From Eledone cirrhosa (lineage: Eukaryota), in NCBI GenBank assembly GCA_964016885.1, contig OZ024743.1:204476001-204540000 (forward strand): DNA of 64,000 nucleotides, given 5' to 3'. This document shows, piece after piece, positions 13,742 through 27,528 of the stretch (its first letter is position 1; the number at the start of each line of letters is the position of its first letter). The translations under genes and the position numbers were made by a program. The notes beneath the pieces are model-generated. The model made no database searches, was not told the DNA's origin, and saw nothing but the letters and a program-made list of their open reading frames with translations.

Positions 13742-14165
13742 CCTGTCTGGCCCTCTGGAGAATAGAGGAAATGAGTTTCCTTGAAAACTCGTATGACTCT
13801 AAAACCCGGTCCGCCTGTGTGGTTACATACAGACTAGCTGACACTCACTGTAAAGTGTCTAGTGAAAGGCTGAGTACATGTACATATGTATACATGTGTG
13901 TATTTATATGCATACTAATACTTCCGTATACATATGTAGATGTACACTTTAACTTAATTGTTTAAGCGTCAGTCATACAAAAGTGAGTTAGAAGCGAAAC
14001 GAAGTTTGATTTCGTTTCGTTATTTGTTTTTATCGTTTCCGCTGAACCGGTGCGTACAATGACTCACGTTCTATGCAAATTGGTCTACCCACTACTAATT
14101 TTCATAGAAAAAGCATATAACGATATGTGCTTTTACAATTCTCCAGAGAAGCCGGAAGATGGGTA

Positions 14166-14210
14166 AATATTGCTGATGAGATGTAATAACATCGAAACTA
14201 GTCCAATATT
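14166..14210 (+). ncRNA. Minimal type I hammerhead ribozyme (469-bp array)
   Basis: Identical motif to 13228-13272. Confidence 0.9.
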
Positions 14211-14673
14211 CCTGTCTGGCCCTCTGGGAATAGAGGAAATGTGTTTCCTTGAAAACTCGTATGACTCTAAAACCCGGTCCGCCTGTGTGGTTACATACAG
14301 ACTAGCTGACACTCACTGTAAAGTGTCTAGTGAAAAGCTGAGTACATGTACATATGTATACATGTGTGTATTTATATGCATACTAATACTTCCGTATACA
14401 TATGTAGATGTACACTTTAACTTAATTGTTTAAGCGTCAGTCATACAAAAGTGAGTTAGAAGCGAAACGAAGTTTGATTTCGTTTCGTTATTTGTTTTTA
14501 TATATATATACATTTATATATATGTATATATATATATATATAAATGTATATATATATGTATATATATATAAATGTATATATATATATATATATATATACA
14601 TACATATAAATGTATATATATGTATATATGTGTATATATATATATATATAAATTTTTGTATATATACATATAA

Positions 14674-14772
<99 letters not shown>

Positions 14773-15145
14773 CATATAAATTTATATATATATATTGAAA
14801 CCCACTTCTGCTTGCCTGAACTCAAAGACCGAGATCTTCAGATGTTGTCCTCACCTGAAATCACATCTGATCTGTAACTGGATTGACATTCCTACGATAA
14901 CTCAACCACTTTGAACTCCTTCTCTGCTCTTTAGTTCCACTACGGTGTTTTTACCTGCTGAATTCACGTTCTATACTCTCGTATTCTCTTTCTCCCTTAT
15001 CTCCCCTTATATTTAGACCTTTTCCTATGTCAATTCCGCCCCCCCCCTACTTTCTGCCTTACCACTCACACACCCAATTTTTTTTATTTTTAGATATTTA
15101 TTTTTGTGTGTGTGCGTGTGTGTTGCGTATATGTGTGTATATATG

Positions 15146-15176
<31 letters not shown>

Positions 15177-15283
15177 ATGTATATATGTGTATGTATATAT
15201 GTGTGTATGTATGTTTATATTTATCTGTATGTATATGTATATGTATATATAAGTGTATATTATATGCTTCTGTTGTATCTGTG

Positions 15284-15336
<53 letters not shown>

Positions 15337-16662
15337 GTGTGTGTATGTATGTGTGTATATATAGATTTAATGTGTGTGTGTGGGCGTGTGTATATTTGTG
15401 CGTGTGTATGTATTTTTTATATAATGGTTTTTTGTGTATATATATAATAGCCTCAGAAACGGCTTGAGCTCTGCCGTGGGGTCAGACCTTTTCATATGTG
15501 TGTGTATATATATACGTATATGTATGTATGTGTGTGTATGTGTGTGTGTATTTCTGTGGTTGTGTTTGTGTGTGTGTGTGTATGTATATATATGTATATG
15601 TATGTATATGTATGTGTGTATGTATATGCATAATTACATACAGTGATTTAATGCATATTTTCATTGATAATTTGCTCCAGGAACTTGTTGAGTGCTCTAA
15701 ATCAGCTATAAATATTTATACCCTTTTCTAATTATTTTTTTATTTACTATTTGTCGTATTCCCAACTTTTTATTTTTATATATACAATATTTAGGTTTTT
15801 TATATATATGATATTTATGTTTTTTCTTATATATATATATAATTATATGTGTGTGTGCGTGTGTATGTATGTGTGCATGCGTATGTGTATATATATGTGT
15901 GTGTGGATATGTATATATATATATATATGTGTATATGTATATATGTGTGTATATATATATATTTTAGAGTTAAACAAGGTTCATATGAATACATCTAAGA
16001 ATGTGTTTACACACATACATATGTGTGTGTTTGTATTTGTATGTATGTGTTTGAGATATGTATGTATATGTATGTGTATGTATGTATGGATATGTATGTA
16101 TATATATATATATGTATGTGCGTGTATATATGTATATGTATGTGTGTGTGTTTGTATATGTGTATGCGTATGTATGTGTATATGTATTTGTATATGTATG
16201 TGTATGTGTGAGAGTGTGTGTATGTATTTATTTTTACGTATGTATGCGTACGTGCAATTGTGTGTATGTATTTATTTTTACGTATGTATGTGTACGTGCA
16301 ATTGTGTGTATTGCTTACCACGTGTGTTTGTTCATTTATTTGTTGCCTGTATCGCTGTCAACACTATAATAATCTTTATATTCATTTTTATTCTCATGTG
16401 ACGGTATTTTTATTATTATATTTTTTCTTATAATTATTTGTGTGTGTGAGTATGTAGGTGTGTGTACATATTTCTATATTTGTGCATGCGTATGTATGCG
16501 TGTATATATATGTGTGTATGTATGTGTATGTATGTACGTGTGTATATGTGCATGATTGTGTGTATGTATGTATGTATGTATATGTATGTGTATATATAGG
16601 TATGTATATATGTGTATATATATATGTATGTGTGTGTATGTATGTATATATATATATATCCA

Positions 16663-16708
<46 letters not shown>

Positions 16709-17240
16709 CATGTTTGTGTAATTGTATGTATGTGTATGTATGGATATGTTGATAATCATGTGTGTATGTATGTATGTGTATGAGTATGTGTATGTATATA
16801 TATACACATATATATATGTGTGTGTGTGTGTATATGTGTGTGTATGTATGTATATATATGTGTATGTATATAATTGTGTGTGTGTGTGTGTTTGCATGTG
16901 TGTTTATTTTTCCTTTCCTTCTTCCTTTTCCAGCCTCACTTTCATATAGATTATGTTTTTGTTTTTAAAATCCAATGCCTATAAATACACCAGGATGTTT
17001 TCATTGTGATGATTGAAAGCAAAATTTGTTTGCTTTTAAGAAACCACTGGTAAATGCAATAATTGCCTTATGTTGTTAATTACATAACTATTAAGCTCTG
17101 TTACCTACATAGAGCACTCTTTTTTCCTGGACTTTTCCGACGGAATTACTTCATTTATACATATATATATATATATATATATAAATTTATATATATATAT
17201 ATATATATATATAAATTTATATATATATATATACATATAC

Positions 17241-17333
<93 letters not shown>

Positions 17334-17398
17334 CATTTATAAAATATAAAATATAAAATATAAAATATAGAAGTATGAAAGTTATGTTCAAATCATTT

Positions 17399-19665
17399 AA
17401 ACGCTGACAATTGTTTCTTCCAAACTTTAGTTTGGAATCATCGGTGCATTATCAATGTTTGTACATATAAATAACCTCCTATTCAACTGAAGAATCACAT
17501 AGATACATATATATTGATGTTGTGAACAACAGTTTAGTATATACAGGGTCTAATGGATGCGACATATATTATACGAGAATTGTACAATAATTCAAATTAA
17601 GATTAAAATTAAAATTAAAATTAAAATTAAAAGCACAGAGTGGAATACATGCGACAGATAATACAAGAGAATAGTCTAATAAATAAAGAGGCATTGGGGA
17701 AGCGTGTAGAGATTGTACATGCGTTAGTCATATATATGGAAAGGAAACAGGCAAATGTATTAGGCATATATGAGTACAGTATGGCAAGGTATTACATAAA
17801 ATACAAGCACTTTAAGCGAATATGTTAGTGTATTATGGAGGATGTAATGCGAGGATAGTTTTTGTATAGTTCAAATATGTATGTGTGTAGAATATGAAAG
17901 TTACGGATTTCCCATCCATTACATATGTTAAGTTATATTTTAGTTAATGTTTGTATTGAATGTTTTTAGTTAGTTATAGTAACTTAGTATTATTGTATTC
18001 ATATTCATGGATTAGAGTTGTTCTACAGCAAGAGTTTTCAACGGTTTAATATTCGGAAGTGGGTATGGAATTAAGGGGAGCTAATGTGTAAGGGGGGTTA
18101 CTAGCTCATTATAATATTAAAATTATTTGCTCTAATAGACATTATATACTGCCACAATTGAAACCCTTATACAAAATGTTATATATTTATATTTAATTTT
18201 AAATACAGTCTACTCTCTCATAAGATATTAAATGTTTCATAAGATTGCTATCTACCCAATATTAGGCAAGATATGGAATAATGTATAGCTGTTTACATGT
18301 TAAATTAGATACAGCCCTTATGTTAATAAATTAATCCTGTATATACAATGTTATTAATATATACATTTTATTATAAATGTATATATAATTCATTGTCACA
18401 TATTACATTTAATGTCTATACATATTATATTATATTTCAATTACTGTATATCTTATAAGTAATCTAAAGTATTTATATTATAAGGTGGTGACTAGATGTT
18501 TATTTCTAGAGTATAATGTTAGAGATAAATAGGATTTGTGTAGAGGAAAGAGCAGATCAAAGAGTGTGATGCTGTCGGGGAAGGTTTAAAGCTATCCAAT
18601 GAGTGTCGGTAGCGTTGTTGGCACGAGGAAAACATCTCTGACTTTTTATTTAGGAGGGTTAGTTTCGAAAAGATTGTGTTTTTTGAAAGAATGGATGTGC
18701 GAGTTGTATCTCGTCTTGAAGCAGTTCGAAGTAGAGCCAATATATGTTTTAGAAGAGTTGTTTGTGTTGACCGTGCAGGAGTAAATGATGTCTTTGATTA
18801 AGCAATTATTACTTAATGGGCAAGTTCTATTTGATCTACAGTTACATTTATTTTGGATGTTATCTTGCCGGTTATTATGTTGTGTAGAAGTCTGGTTGTT
18901 ATGGATAGCATTAGGGTTGTCGTTCCTATTGTTATTGATTTCATTAGTGTTATTACTATTATTACTATTGCTACTAGGGTTTGTAGTTATTATGTTGTTC
19001 TATAAGTTTACCTCCTGCTGTGTTTTAATTAGTTGGAGATAATTATTAATCTTCCTTTTATTACTACTAGCTATATGGTATGCTATGTTAGGTGTGGTAG
19101 AGTAAGAGATTTTAATGGTGTTTTTATTTATAAGATTTTGGTATTTGTGGCCAGATGGGAATTTTTTTTCTAGGATTGAGAAGAAAGCCTTAGTTAAGTT
19201 GGTAGAGACGGTTGAAGAATGTATTAGTTCTTCTATTTTTGTTTTTTGTAATATCTATTGAAGTATTTCTGTTTATAATATTATTGTGGTGTTTACGTTG
19301 GTGCGAGTTAAGTTTGATCTTACCCTTCGTATAAGAGTAAGATTGGCTAGTACTCTTATTATTTTTCCTCATGGCCATATTGTGAGAAATGATGCTGTAA
19401 CTATGTGATTTTATAGGTAGGAATTCAATCCCATTTTTCTGGCCTGATTTAGCTAATGTTTGATTATAGTATTGGTAATTATTATTAAATATGGTTTCGT
19501 TATATGATAGATTAGAGATTCTATTAGATATTCCTTTAGTGATTGAGTTTAATATGGATTTAGGGTGGTTAGACTTGGTATCCACATAAATTAGTTTTTC
19601 GTTAGGTTTATGAAAGGGTGTATATATTTTAGAGTCTAGGTAAACGGTAGCATCAAGGAATATAC
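17399..19665 (-). mobile_element. Penelope-like element 3' part (end of RT, linker, GIY-YIG, 3' UTR), degraded
   Basis: SNHPKSILNSITKGISNRISNLS, a CNC..CPL motif and IGSTSNCFKTR. A decayed hammerhead (CCGATGA-ttccaaac/gtttggaa-GAAACaattGTC) lies at 17399-17450. Confidence 0.85.
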
Positions 19666-19702
19666 ATTTATATATTTATATATATATATATATAATATAT
19701 AC

Positions 19703-19778
<76 letters not shown>

Positions 19779-19896
19779 TTATTTATATATAAAGTTGTGA
19801 AGTTGGACAAAATACTGCATGATTCTCTTGCATTCAAACATAAACAATCCCCTATTAAATATTATTATGATATTGAAATATGTTGGCTTTACGTAC

Positions 19897-20044
19897 GGAC
19901 ATTTCTCTTTGAGGAATTCATCACTATCCCCTTCCTTAGATATCACCAGCTGCCTTATGGAATGCAAACTGCTAGCGAGAGTTTCTAACTGAACATGTAC
20001 CTTTTTTATATTTTCTGTGTAACATCGGAGACCAGATAATACGA
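19897..20044 (-). CDS. Gene A internal exon (148 nt, phase 1 to 2)
   Basis: tctatttcag| VLSGLRCYTENIKKVHVQLETLASSLHSIRQLVISKEGDSDEFLKEKCP |gtacgt; same length as paralogous exon 39930-40077. Confidence 0.85.
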
Positions 20045-20185
20045 CTGAAATAGAATTATCCAAAATTAAGATCTAAGCAATTATTTTGCAACAATTTCTT
20101 CGTGTGTGTGTGTGTATGTGTGTGTGCGTGTGTGTTTGTATGCGTATGCATGTATGTGTGGTGTTTGTGTGTGAATGTGTGTGTA

Positions 20186-20248
<63 letters not shown>

Positions 20249-20254
20249 GTGTGC

Positions 20255-20377
<123 letters not shown>

Positions 20378-20439
20378 CCAGCAGAGATGTTGAATGAATG
20401 AGATTATGTCTACAGCTGAGACCCTCATTACTATGTCAT

Positions 20440-21240
20440 AAAGGTATGGAATTAATGTATATGTGTCAAAATTGTAAGGATGCTAACGTCTTCTCTATCT
20501 ACAAAAAGAGAGATAAATCAATTTGTTTTAATACAAGGGTACATCACTCCTGTCCGCTGCTTTGAAGAATCCGTAGAGGTGATGCTCAAATGATTAATTC
20601 ATCAACGAGAGAACAACACACCAATCCTAAGGTGTGGCTTTTGCAAAAAAAACAAAGTAAAAAGAATATGAAATTTAGATCCCCAACCTCTAAATCAGAA
20701 TGTGTGTGATTCGAGTTACTGGAGAGGAACAAAGGTTTGAGCACTTCCATCTAGACACAAGAGTCAAGAAACTGCCTCTTGTTCTATTTAATATCACCGT
20801 AATCTTTATGATCACACTGTTTACACGGAAGAACAAAAAGGGAGGTGGAAGTACCATTAACTTTCCGACACCACAAGAGTATTTTCAATACCAAAAGGTT
20901 GTAAGTCCTAGCACAAATCGGAACAAATCATTGAACAGCAGTCTGTGCTCCGATTTCTCACAATCTAAAATGTGTGGGGGACGCAATTTTGACAGTCGTT
21001 CCAGATTATAAAAAAATAAGCATGTCGATTAACGTCCAGAAAACTGAGGTCATCTATCAATGGGGCCGCAATGCACTTTATGTTCAGCACTTCCTCAGTA
21101 TAACAGAAGCAATGGTTCACACCCTTTACAAATTAGATATATTGGCACTATTATTTCTAACAGCTGCACACGATACGCAAAAATTCTAAGCCGCCTAGGA
21201 AAGCTCAGAAATAGAGTGTTTCGAAACAAAAGATGAGGCT
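20440..21240 (+). mobile_element. Highly degraded RTE-like LINE RT fragment
   Basis: KDANVFSIYKKRDKSIC (pre-RT motif) and MSINVQKTEV; many stops. Confidence 0.5.
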
Positions 21241-21472
21241 TGTTCGATTGGTCTGTCTGTTTAGTGTTAACCTTGATAGGACACCATCTCTTGGTTCCGT
21301 GATATGAGACTGCGTTCGTATTGTGATTGAAAAATACATTTGTTCTTAGGGAAAATCTGGCTTGTCGACGAAAATGAACTAACCACTATTTTCCGGGGGA
21401 CTTTCGGTCGAGGGCCATGGATACCATCCTGAAATCCCAGGCAGGGCAGTACTACCGAGACAAACTTTACAG

Positions 21473-21865
21473 GCGGTTGGCAGTATCGGTAGAGGGTCGG
21501 ACGCCAGGCTTTCCAGCACCTTAGGACTGAGTTCAAGTCCCGCCGAGGTTAAATTTTCCTTTCATCCTTACGGGGTCGATAAAATAAAGCACCAGTAACG
21601 TACTGGGGTCGATTTAAACGACTCCCCCACCCCTCCAAAAACATTACTGGCCTTGTGCCTATACTAGAAATCGTTATTAGGGTGGGGAATTGAGAAAAGC
21701 GTTTGCACATCGGATAGATGTTTTGGAATATTTAGTTACGGCCCCCTTCGTTCTGAATTCAAATCCAACCAAAGTCAAATTTGCCTTTCATCCTTTCATT
21801 ATGGCCTGAAGTCAATGTAATCGACTTTCTCCTCCCCTCAAATTGTTGACATTGTGCCTAAATTA
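21473..21865 (+). mobile_element. Two tandem SINE copies
   Basis: Same SINE consensus as 10056-10245; the second copy is more diverged. Confidence 0.8.
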
Positions 21866-21899
21866 ATATATCAATGTTGTTGATGATGGCTTAATCAAA

Positions 21900-22850
21900 C
21901 AGATCTGTAGGACCACACTGAAATCATGAGACGTTAAGAGGCACTATTTCTTCACCCACTTATTCCTGAGGCAGGGTCCACAAACACTCCTTCCAGTGGG
22001 TCTTCTCAGCAGCAACGGTCTCCAACTGATCCAGCTCGATCCCCAAGCAAGACCATTTACATGTAGAGTGCACTGCGCAGGCTTCCTTGAGAAGACGAGC
22101 GTCACAGTTTTCGCAACACTGATTTTCATTCCATCTATGCTGCACTCGGCATCAAACCTATTAAGTGCAAGTCGGAAATTACCTTCTGTCGAGTTAAGTA
22201 ACACCATGTCCTCTGCAAATTCCAGTCGACTGATTTTACACCCGATTTTACACTTCCAAACCAACTGCGCATGTCAATCCTGATCATGTAAATAATGAAT
22301 AGATGTGACAGTACGCACCCTTGGTGGAGTCAGACTCCCACATTGAATGGTTTCGATTTAGCACCATTTATCCGAACACAAATACTTGGGCATTCGCATA
22401 GAGACATTAGGCAGCAAGGAGCAGACCATCGCTCCCATATTCCTGCAGAACAATCCACGGCAGATCCCGAGGGACGCGGTCATATGTCTTTTCAAGGTGA
22501 CAAAATAAGAATATACCTCTTGGCAATACTCCCACGATTTCTCGAAGACCTACTGCAGTGTGAATTTTTGGTCGGCTGTGCTGTGTCCATGGCGAAAACA
22601 ACAATGTTCATCAGCTAGCTTGGACTCGATAGTCTCTCTGCATCTCTTTGCCTGACACTCAGCATCGACTTTACCGGGGAGGCTTAACAAGGAGATCCCT
22701 CTTAAATTGGAACAATCTCTTGTCTCCCTTTTTAAAAATTGGGAATATTACTCGAGATTGCCATTGTTTAGGTGCCTTATCAGAGATCCAGGCCACCCGG
22801 CACACACGGGTCAGCCTGAGAATAAATTCTCTATTTCAGGCGTTTAACAA
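21900..22850 (-). mobile_element. Degraded RTE-like LINE RT fragment
   Basis: PIFKKGD, LEKTYDRVPR, HQGCVLS, LEFAEDMVLL and GMKISVAKT motifs. Confidence 0.75.
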
Positions 22851-23458
22851 TTGAATATTTAGAAATCATACGAAACACCAACGATTTCCTCGTTTCTATA
22901 ACATGTATCTAGCCGAATCAAATTAGCAAAGACTATCTATCGTCAATCCACACGAATTCATAGTTTTTAATTTTACATATATTAAATTATGATATCATTC
23001 GTTAGCATTTACAGTGATGTTATTCTGAGAGCGTGGGTACAGCATGGCCGAGTAGTTAAGAAGTTCGGTTCACAATCATTACGTTCCGGGTTCGATCACA
23101 CGGCGTGCCATCTTGAGCAAGCCTAATTTTCTATAGCCACAAGTTAATCCAATCCTTAAGAGTAGAATTGAGAAGGAGAAACCTACTTGGAATCTCGTCA
23201 GATGGACTGCATCCGCATTTCAAAGGGCCAGCTTTTTTCGCATTGTCCCGCGCTAAATCTCCCTAGAATTACGTTAACTTCCCGGACATGCTGTTCCTTT
23301 GATCGAGCAGCAAGAACACTCATCGACGAAATAGACGGAGGTTCATTCGCTTCCATTTTAAGAGCAGCGCTTATGAGAGTTTACGAACCGCGACAAAATC
23401 TTTTCTTAGTAAAATACCCAGCATTTCCCCAGAACAAAAGAAAAATCTATATGTTTAC

Positions 23459-23610
23459 CTTCCTTGTGTTTACATAGTTCATTGTTAATGTCATCAAATA
23501 TATTGAGATTTATTCCATTAAGAAATGTCGTCTCAGAAAAATTTGTGCATGCTTTCATTACATTGCGTTGGCAATCAAGAACCCTTTGTTTGTTGTGAGT
23601 TTGGTTGGCA
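23459..23610 (-). CDS. Gene A internal exon (152 nt, phase 2 to 1)
   Basis: ttttgtttctag| ANQTHNKQRVLDCQRNVMKACTNFSETTFLNGINLNIFDDINNELCKHKE |gtaaac; absent from the ORF track. Confidence 0.85.
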
Positions 23611-23834
23611 CTAGAAACAAAAACAAAGTTAGACAGATATACACATGGCTTTACATGATTTTGGTTTTAGTATAATTCATACATGATGTATGTTAGTAGC
23701 CTATTGTGTAGTGTATAAAGTAAAACACCGAAGGAAACACTAATCAAATTGATTGAATATTATGGATATATATATATATATATATATATATCAATAATAT
23801 TAATAAATGGAAACTATCTTTATAAAACCATATT

Positions 23835-23896
23835 TATTTTATTATATATATTTCAAGGGTACCAACATTTTTGGTACGCCCTCATCAGATAAAATA
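23835..23896 (-). ncRNA. Type I hammerhead ribozyme in a gene A intron (sense strand)
   Basis: tattttat-CTGATGA-gggcgtaccaa[aaatg]ttggtaccctt-GAAA-tatata-TA|ataaaata; 8-bp stem I. Confidence 0.8.
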
Positions 23897-24928
23897 CAAA
23901 AGTTGTTTTACAGATAGTGACATATTCAAAACTAGAACTTGGCGTTTTCAGTTCTGTTTGAATAGTGAAGGAGAACTTCGAATCATAGAATGAATATGCT
24001 AATGAGGATAACTTTAAAATTGAAAAAGATCGTTATGTTTAGACGCTAGGTAAATTTAAATAATTATTAGGATTATTTTTTAAAGGAAGAGGAAATAGAG
24101 GTTATTCCCGCCGAGGTTAACTTTGCCTTTCATCCTTATGGGGTTGATAAAATAAAGTACCAGTAATGCACTGGGTATTTGCTGGCCTTGTGCCAAAAAG
24201 TAGAAACAATTATTAGGGTGGAAGAAATTTAAGGAAAGAATATAAGAAAAATATATATATTATAGTTAATAATAGACTATTATATGAATATGTTATATAC
24301 ATATATTCATATTAATAGTCTATAATAATAGGCTATTAATATGAAAATATGTATATAATATATTCATATTAATAGTCTATTATTAACTATAATATATATT
24401 TTTCAAACAGAACTGAAAACGGTAAGTTCTAGTTTTGAATATGTCACTATCTGTATATGTCACTATCTAATTTGTATTAACTTTTTTTCATTTCATTTAC
24501 GTTTACCTACACATATTTGTGTGTTGTATTCGTTTATTGCAATTTTCCTGTTCCATATCGGTATGCAGATATTTCTTCATCTTTATTTGTCCAACGTCCT
24601 TTGTGTTTTCATCCCGAATAGATATCTTCCTTCAGATACTATTGATGCACTGGTGGTGAATATTCCTGTCTTTGGTATTATTCGAAATCCGAATGATCCG
24701 CAGAGCAGGAATCGTTTTCTGTGAATTTCGGTGATTTGAAATTCGAGAATGTGGGAATCACAAACACGGAAAATACCTCTAGAGGACCAGCCATCACTAT
24801 GGAGAATCGAGCTCCTTATCTCTCGAGATTTGTCTGCAATTTCTGCAAAATAACAGTGATATTCTACCATATCTGCCAATTTTCTAGACTTCATAGGTTA
24901 TAAGTTAGTGGCAAATATATCAGCTTAC

Positions 24929-25064
24929 CTGCAAATGATACCAAGTGTCTTGGATAAGACGGTAAAATTAGACGAATTTTCAAAGTAAGTGATGCAACCG
25001 ATATAGTCTTTCTCCGCTTGAATCTCACACCCATAGCTTGTTGGCGTACACAGCAATGCAGTAA
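24929..25064 (-). CDS. Gene A exon (136 nt, phase 1 to 2): end of signal peptide and first Cys helix
   Basis: ttgtattccag| TALLCTPTSYGCEIQAEKDYIGCITYFENSSNFTVLSKTLGIIC |gtaagc; same length as exon 48965-49100. Confidence 0.85.
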
Positions 25065-25299
25065 CTGGAATACAAAAATGTTTAAACAATTACACAAATT
25101 ATTTATTATATCTCGTATTTCTGTATATACAGGATGTCCCCAAAAAATGTATACATGCTTTGATTCTCTGTAGAGTGTATATAATAAGAACAAAGTGGAG
25201 GTGTTACATATGAGACTCATTGTTCAACCCGACTACAAATGTTTCTCAGGCAGCCGGCTCGTAATATAAATATTATATGAAGGCGCTTCGCTGACCGGG

Positions 25300-25490
25300 C
25301 GATGCGTTATGTCCTTGTTGAGCAAGACACTTTATTTCACGTTGTTCCTTCTGCGTGGAGTTGCGACCGACAAATAGTATTAGCAATTGGAAAGACCAAT
25401 GGAAACATTGTTTACTCGGTCCGATTTAACGATCTCCACTCCACTCGTTAAGTGAATGATGATCTTGTCGATCGACTATCGATATATATT
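25300..25490 (+). repeat. Second interspersed repeat family (SINE-like); another copy at about 44355-44500
   Basis: Shared gcaagacactttatttcac...tagtattagcaattggaaagaccaa...gatcttgtcgatcgact. Confidence 0.65.
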
Positions 25491-26269
25491 ATGTATGTTG
25501 AGTGGAAGTTCTTTTATAAGGTGGTGTTATAGACACACTAAACATGCAATTAATAAAGTACCTATACTACCCTGATTGTTCACTTGCTTGCTTTTTCTTA
25601 CGAACAAGTCATTCTCATACAAAGTAAAGTCTTGAATGCTTCGTGAAATAGAACTACATATATTTATTCATGATTAACAGTCTTTTTTGTGTGTGTTTAA
25701 ACCTTGTGATTTTCCCATAGCTTGTAAAGCATTGAGAAGAAGCTAGAGGGAAAACGTTTCAGAGAAAAAAGTAACATAAGATAAGGAGAAACATGTTGGG
25801 AAAAGAGAGGAGGAAAAAGAAAATAAAGAAAGAAAGAAAAGAAAGAATGGTGAGAGAAGATTCGCAGTTAAATGAAGAGAGATACGTGTTTCTTGGGGAA
25901 AAGACACAGTGAAATTCATGGCCTAAATAGTTATATCAAAAGGATTTGGCTTTGAAAATGCTTTTATATGTAGAATCTGGCTGGCATTTAATAAGCGAAA
26001 GCGACACATTGAAGGTGACGTGGTAGATACCCAGATAAACATCTGGTCATTGTTTGATTGAGTTGAATTTAAATGAAAGTAGGTTAAAGTATGGGATTGA
26101 ATAGGGTTTCGTACAGAACTTCTAGTAACACAAACGACGTTATTATTAAATTGATAAGTCATTAATTAAAAATTATTATTATACATTACTGTGACACAAA
26201 CTGTATTACGGTAGTGGTATGAAGGCTAAATCGGCCACTAATTACTTATGGAGACGTAGTGGCCCCGTT

Positions 26270-26817
26270 TTCTTGAGTAGTATAGTATTTGAACTCGGAT
26301 ACAGAGGAGCACAATATCTGACGTTCTAACGACTCTGCGAGTTCTCCGCCTATGGAGTATAAGAATAATTGCTTCTACTTTTGGAGCAAGGCCAGCATTT
26401 TGAAGGGAAGGAACACTCCTATTAATTTGTACCCCAGTACGTTACTGGTACTTTATTTTATCGACCACGTAAGGATGAACGTCAAAGCTAACTTCGACGG
26501 GATTCCAACGCAGTACGTAAAGATATGTAACTATATGTTACGAGGCATGGTGTCCGATGCTCTGCCAATCCACCGCCCTAGAGAATATAAGAAGAATTGT
26601 TTCTACATTTGGCACAAGGCCAACAATTTGTAGGGAAGGGGGAAAGTGGACTAAATCGACTCCAGTGCGTTACTGGTACTTTATTTTATCGACGCCGTGA
26701 GGATGAAAGGCAAAGCTAATCTCGGTGGGATTTTAAGTTAGAACGTAAAGGGTCATAACTAAATACTGCAAAGCATTTTGTCCGACGCTGTACCGATTCT
26801 GCCAATCCTCCGCCCTA
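26270..26817 (-). mobile_element. Three head-to-tail SINE copies
   Basis: Reverse-complement SINE consensus ending in ccgcc at about 26350, 26578 and 26816. Confidence 0.8.
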
Positions 26818-27103
26818 GGAAATGTAAAAATAATAGGAAATGCACTAATTTTGGGGGTTGAGAGGTGTAAGAGATAAATACTTGAACACTTAACTTATCT
26901 CTACAAGCTGTAATCTGAATGTATATTCATATGAATACTTAGGCATACGTAAAAGATGTCTGTCTGCGAAGTCGTGTGGTGTAGTGAATAGATATATTTC
27001 TGAAAGGAAATCATAATCAACCCTAGGTGGCCATCTTTATTTTTATTTTTATAATGACAGGCTGAATGAGTTGGGGTCCAGAACCCAATGAAACCTAAGT
27101 ACC

Positions 27104-27528
27104 TGTAGCAAGAGTTGCCTCCCTTGTTGTGACGATCACATCACCAATAGATATAGGATCTCAAGTCGGAAGTCACAAAAAGGGTTCTGCCACCCCAACG
27201 GGAAGTAACTCCAGCTACTTCCCGTCTAGAGAGCGTTAATCTATTGGTGATGTGATCGTCATAACAAGGGATGCAACTCTTGCTACATTATCCCGTTGGG
27301 GTGGCAAAGAGTAGAGACTCGGCGAACGCGCCTGGCCGAAGGCCAGCAGCCGATAGGGCAAATGAGAGAGAGATCGCTCTGAGTATCCCTTGTATAGGGT
27401 CTCAAGACGGTAGTGACAAAAAGGGTTCTGCTACACCAACGGGAAGTAACTCCAGCTACTTCCTGTCTAGAGAACGTTAATCTATTGGTGATGTGATCGT
27501 CACAACAAGGGAGGTAACTCTTGCTACA
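27104..27528. mobile_element. TGT...ACA element with 49-bp terminal inverted repeats and a 4-bp target duplication (TACC)
   Basis: tacc|TGTAGCAAGAGTTGCC...GGTAACTCTTGCTACA|tacc; an extra internal right end terminates at 27287. Confidence 0.8.

Larger units (their letters stand above)
12461..14500. mobile_element. Retrozyme-like array of 469-bp units, one hammerhead per unit; ~1.6 units inverted plus ~2.7 units forward
   Basis: CTGATGA at 13235, 13704 and 14173 (period 469). Inverted copies lie left of the axis at 13207-13215. Flanked by (TA)n on both sides. Confidence 0.85.

Noticed and set aside
12578-14433. Repeated ORFs MSASLYVTTQ... and MCFLENSYDS... in the 469-bp array
   Set aside because: Short, no recognisable domain; they recur only because the unit repeats.
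12461-14500. CRISPR-like interpretation of the tandem arrays
   Set aside because: Units are identical throughout with no variable spacers; eukaryotic context and no cas genes.
24583-24894. 103-aa ORF next to a gene A exon
   Set aside because: Intronic; no family similarity; the real exon is 24929-25064 in another frame.
25886-25922. Candidate first exon of gene A (GCCATG AAT TTC...C|gtatct)
   Set aside because: Phase fits, but MNFTVSFPQET is not a signal-peptide core and the donor is weak; other candidates failed likewise.
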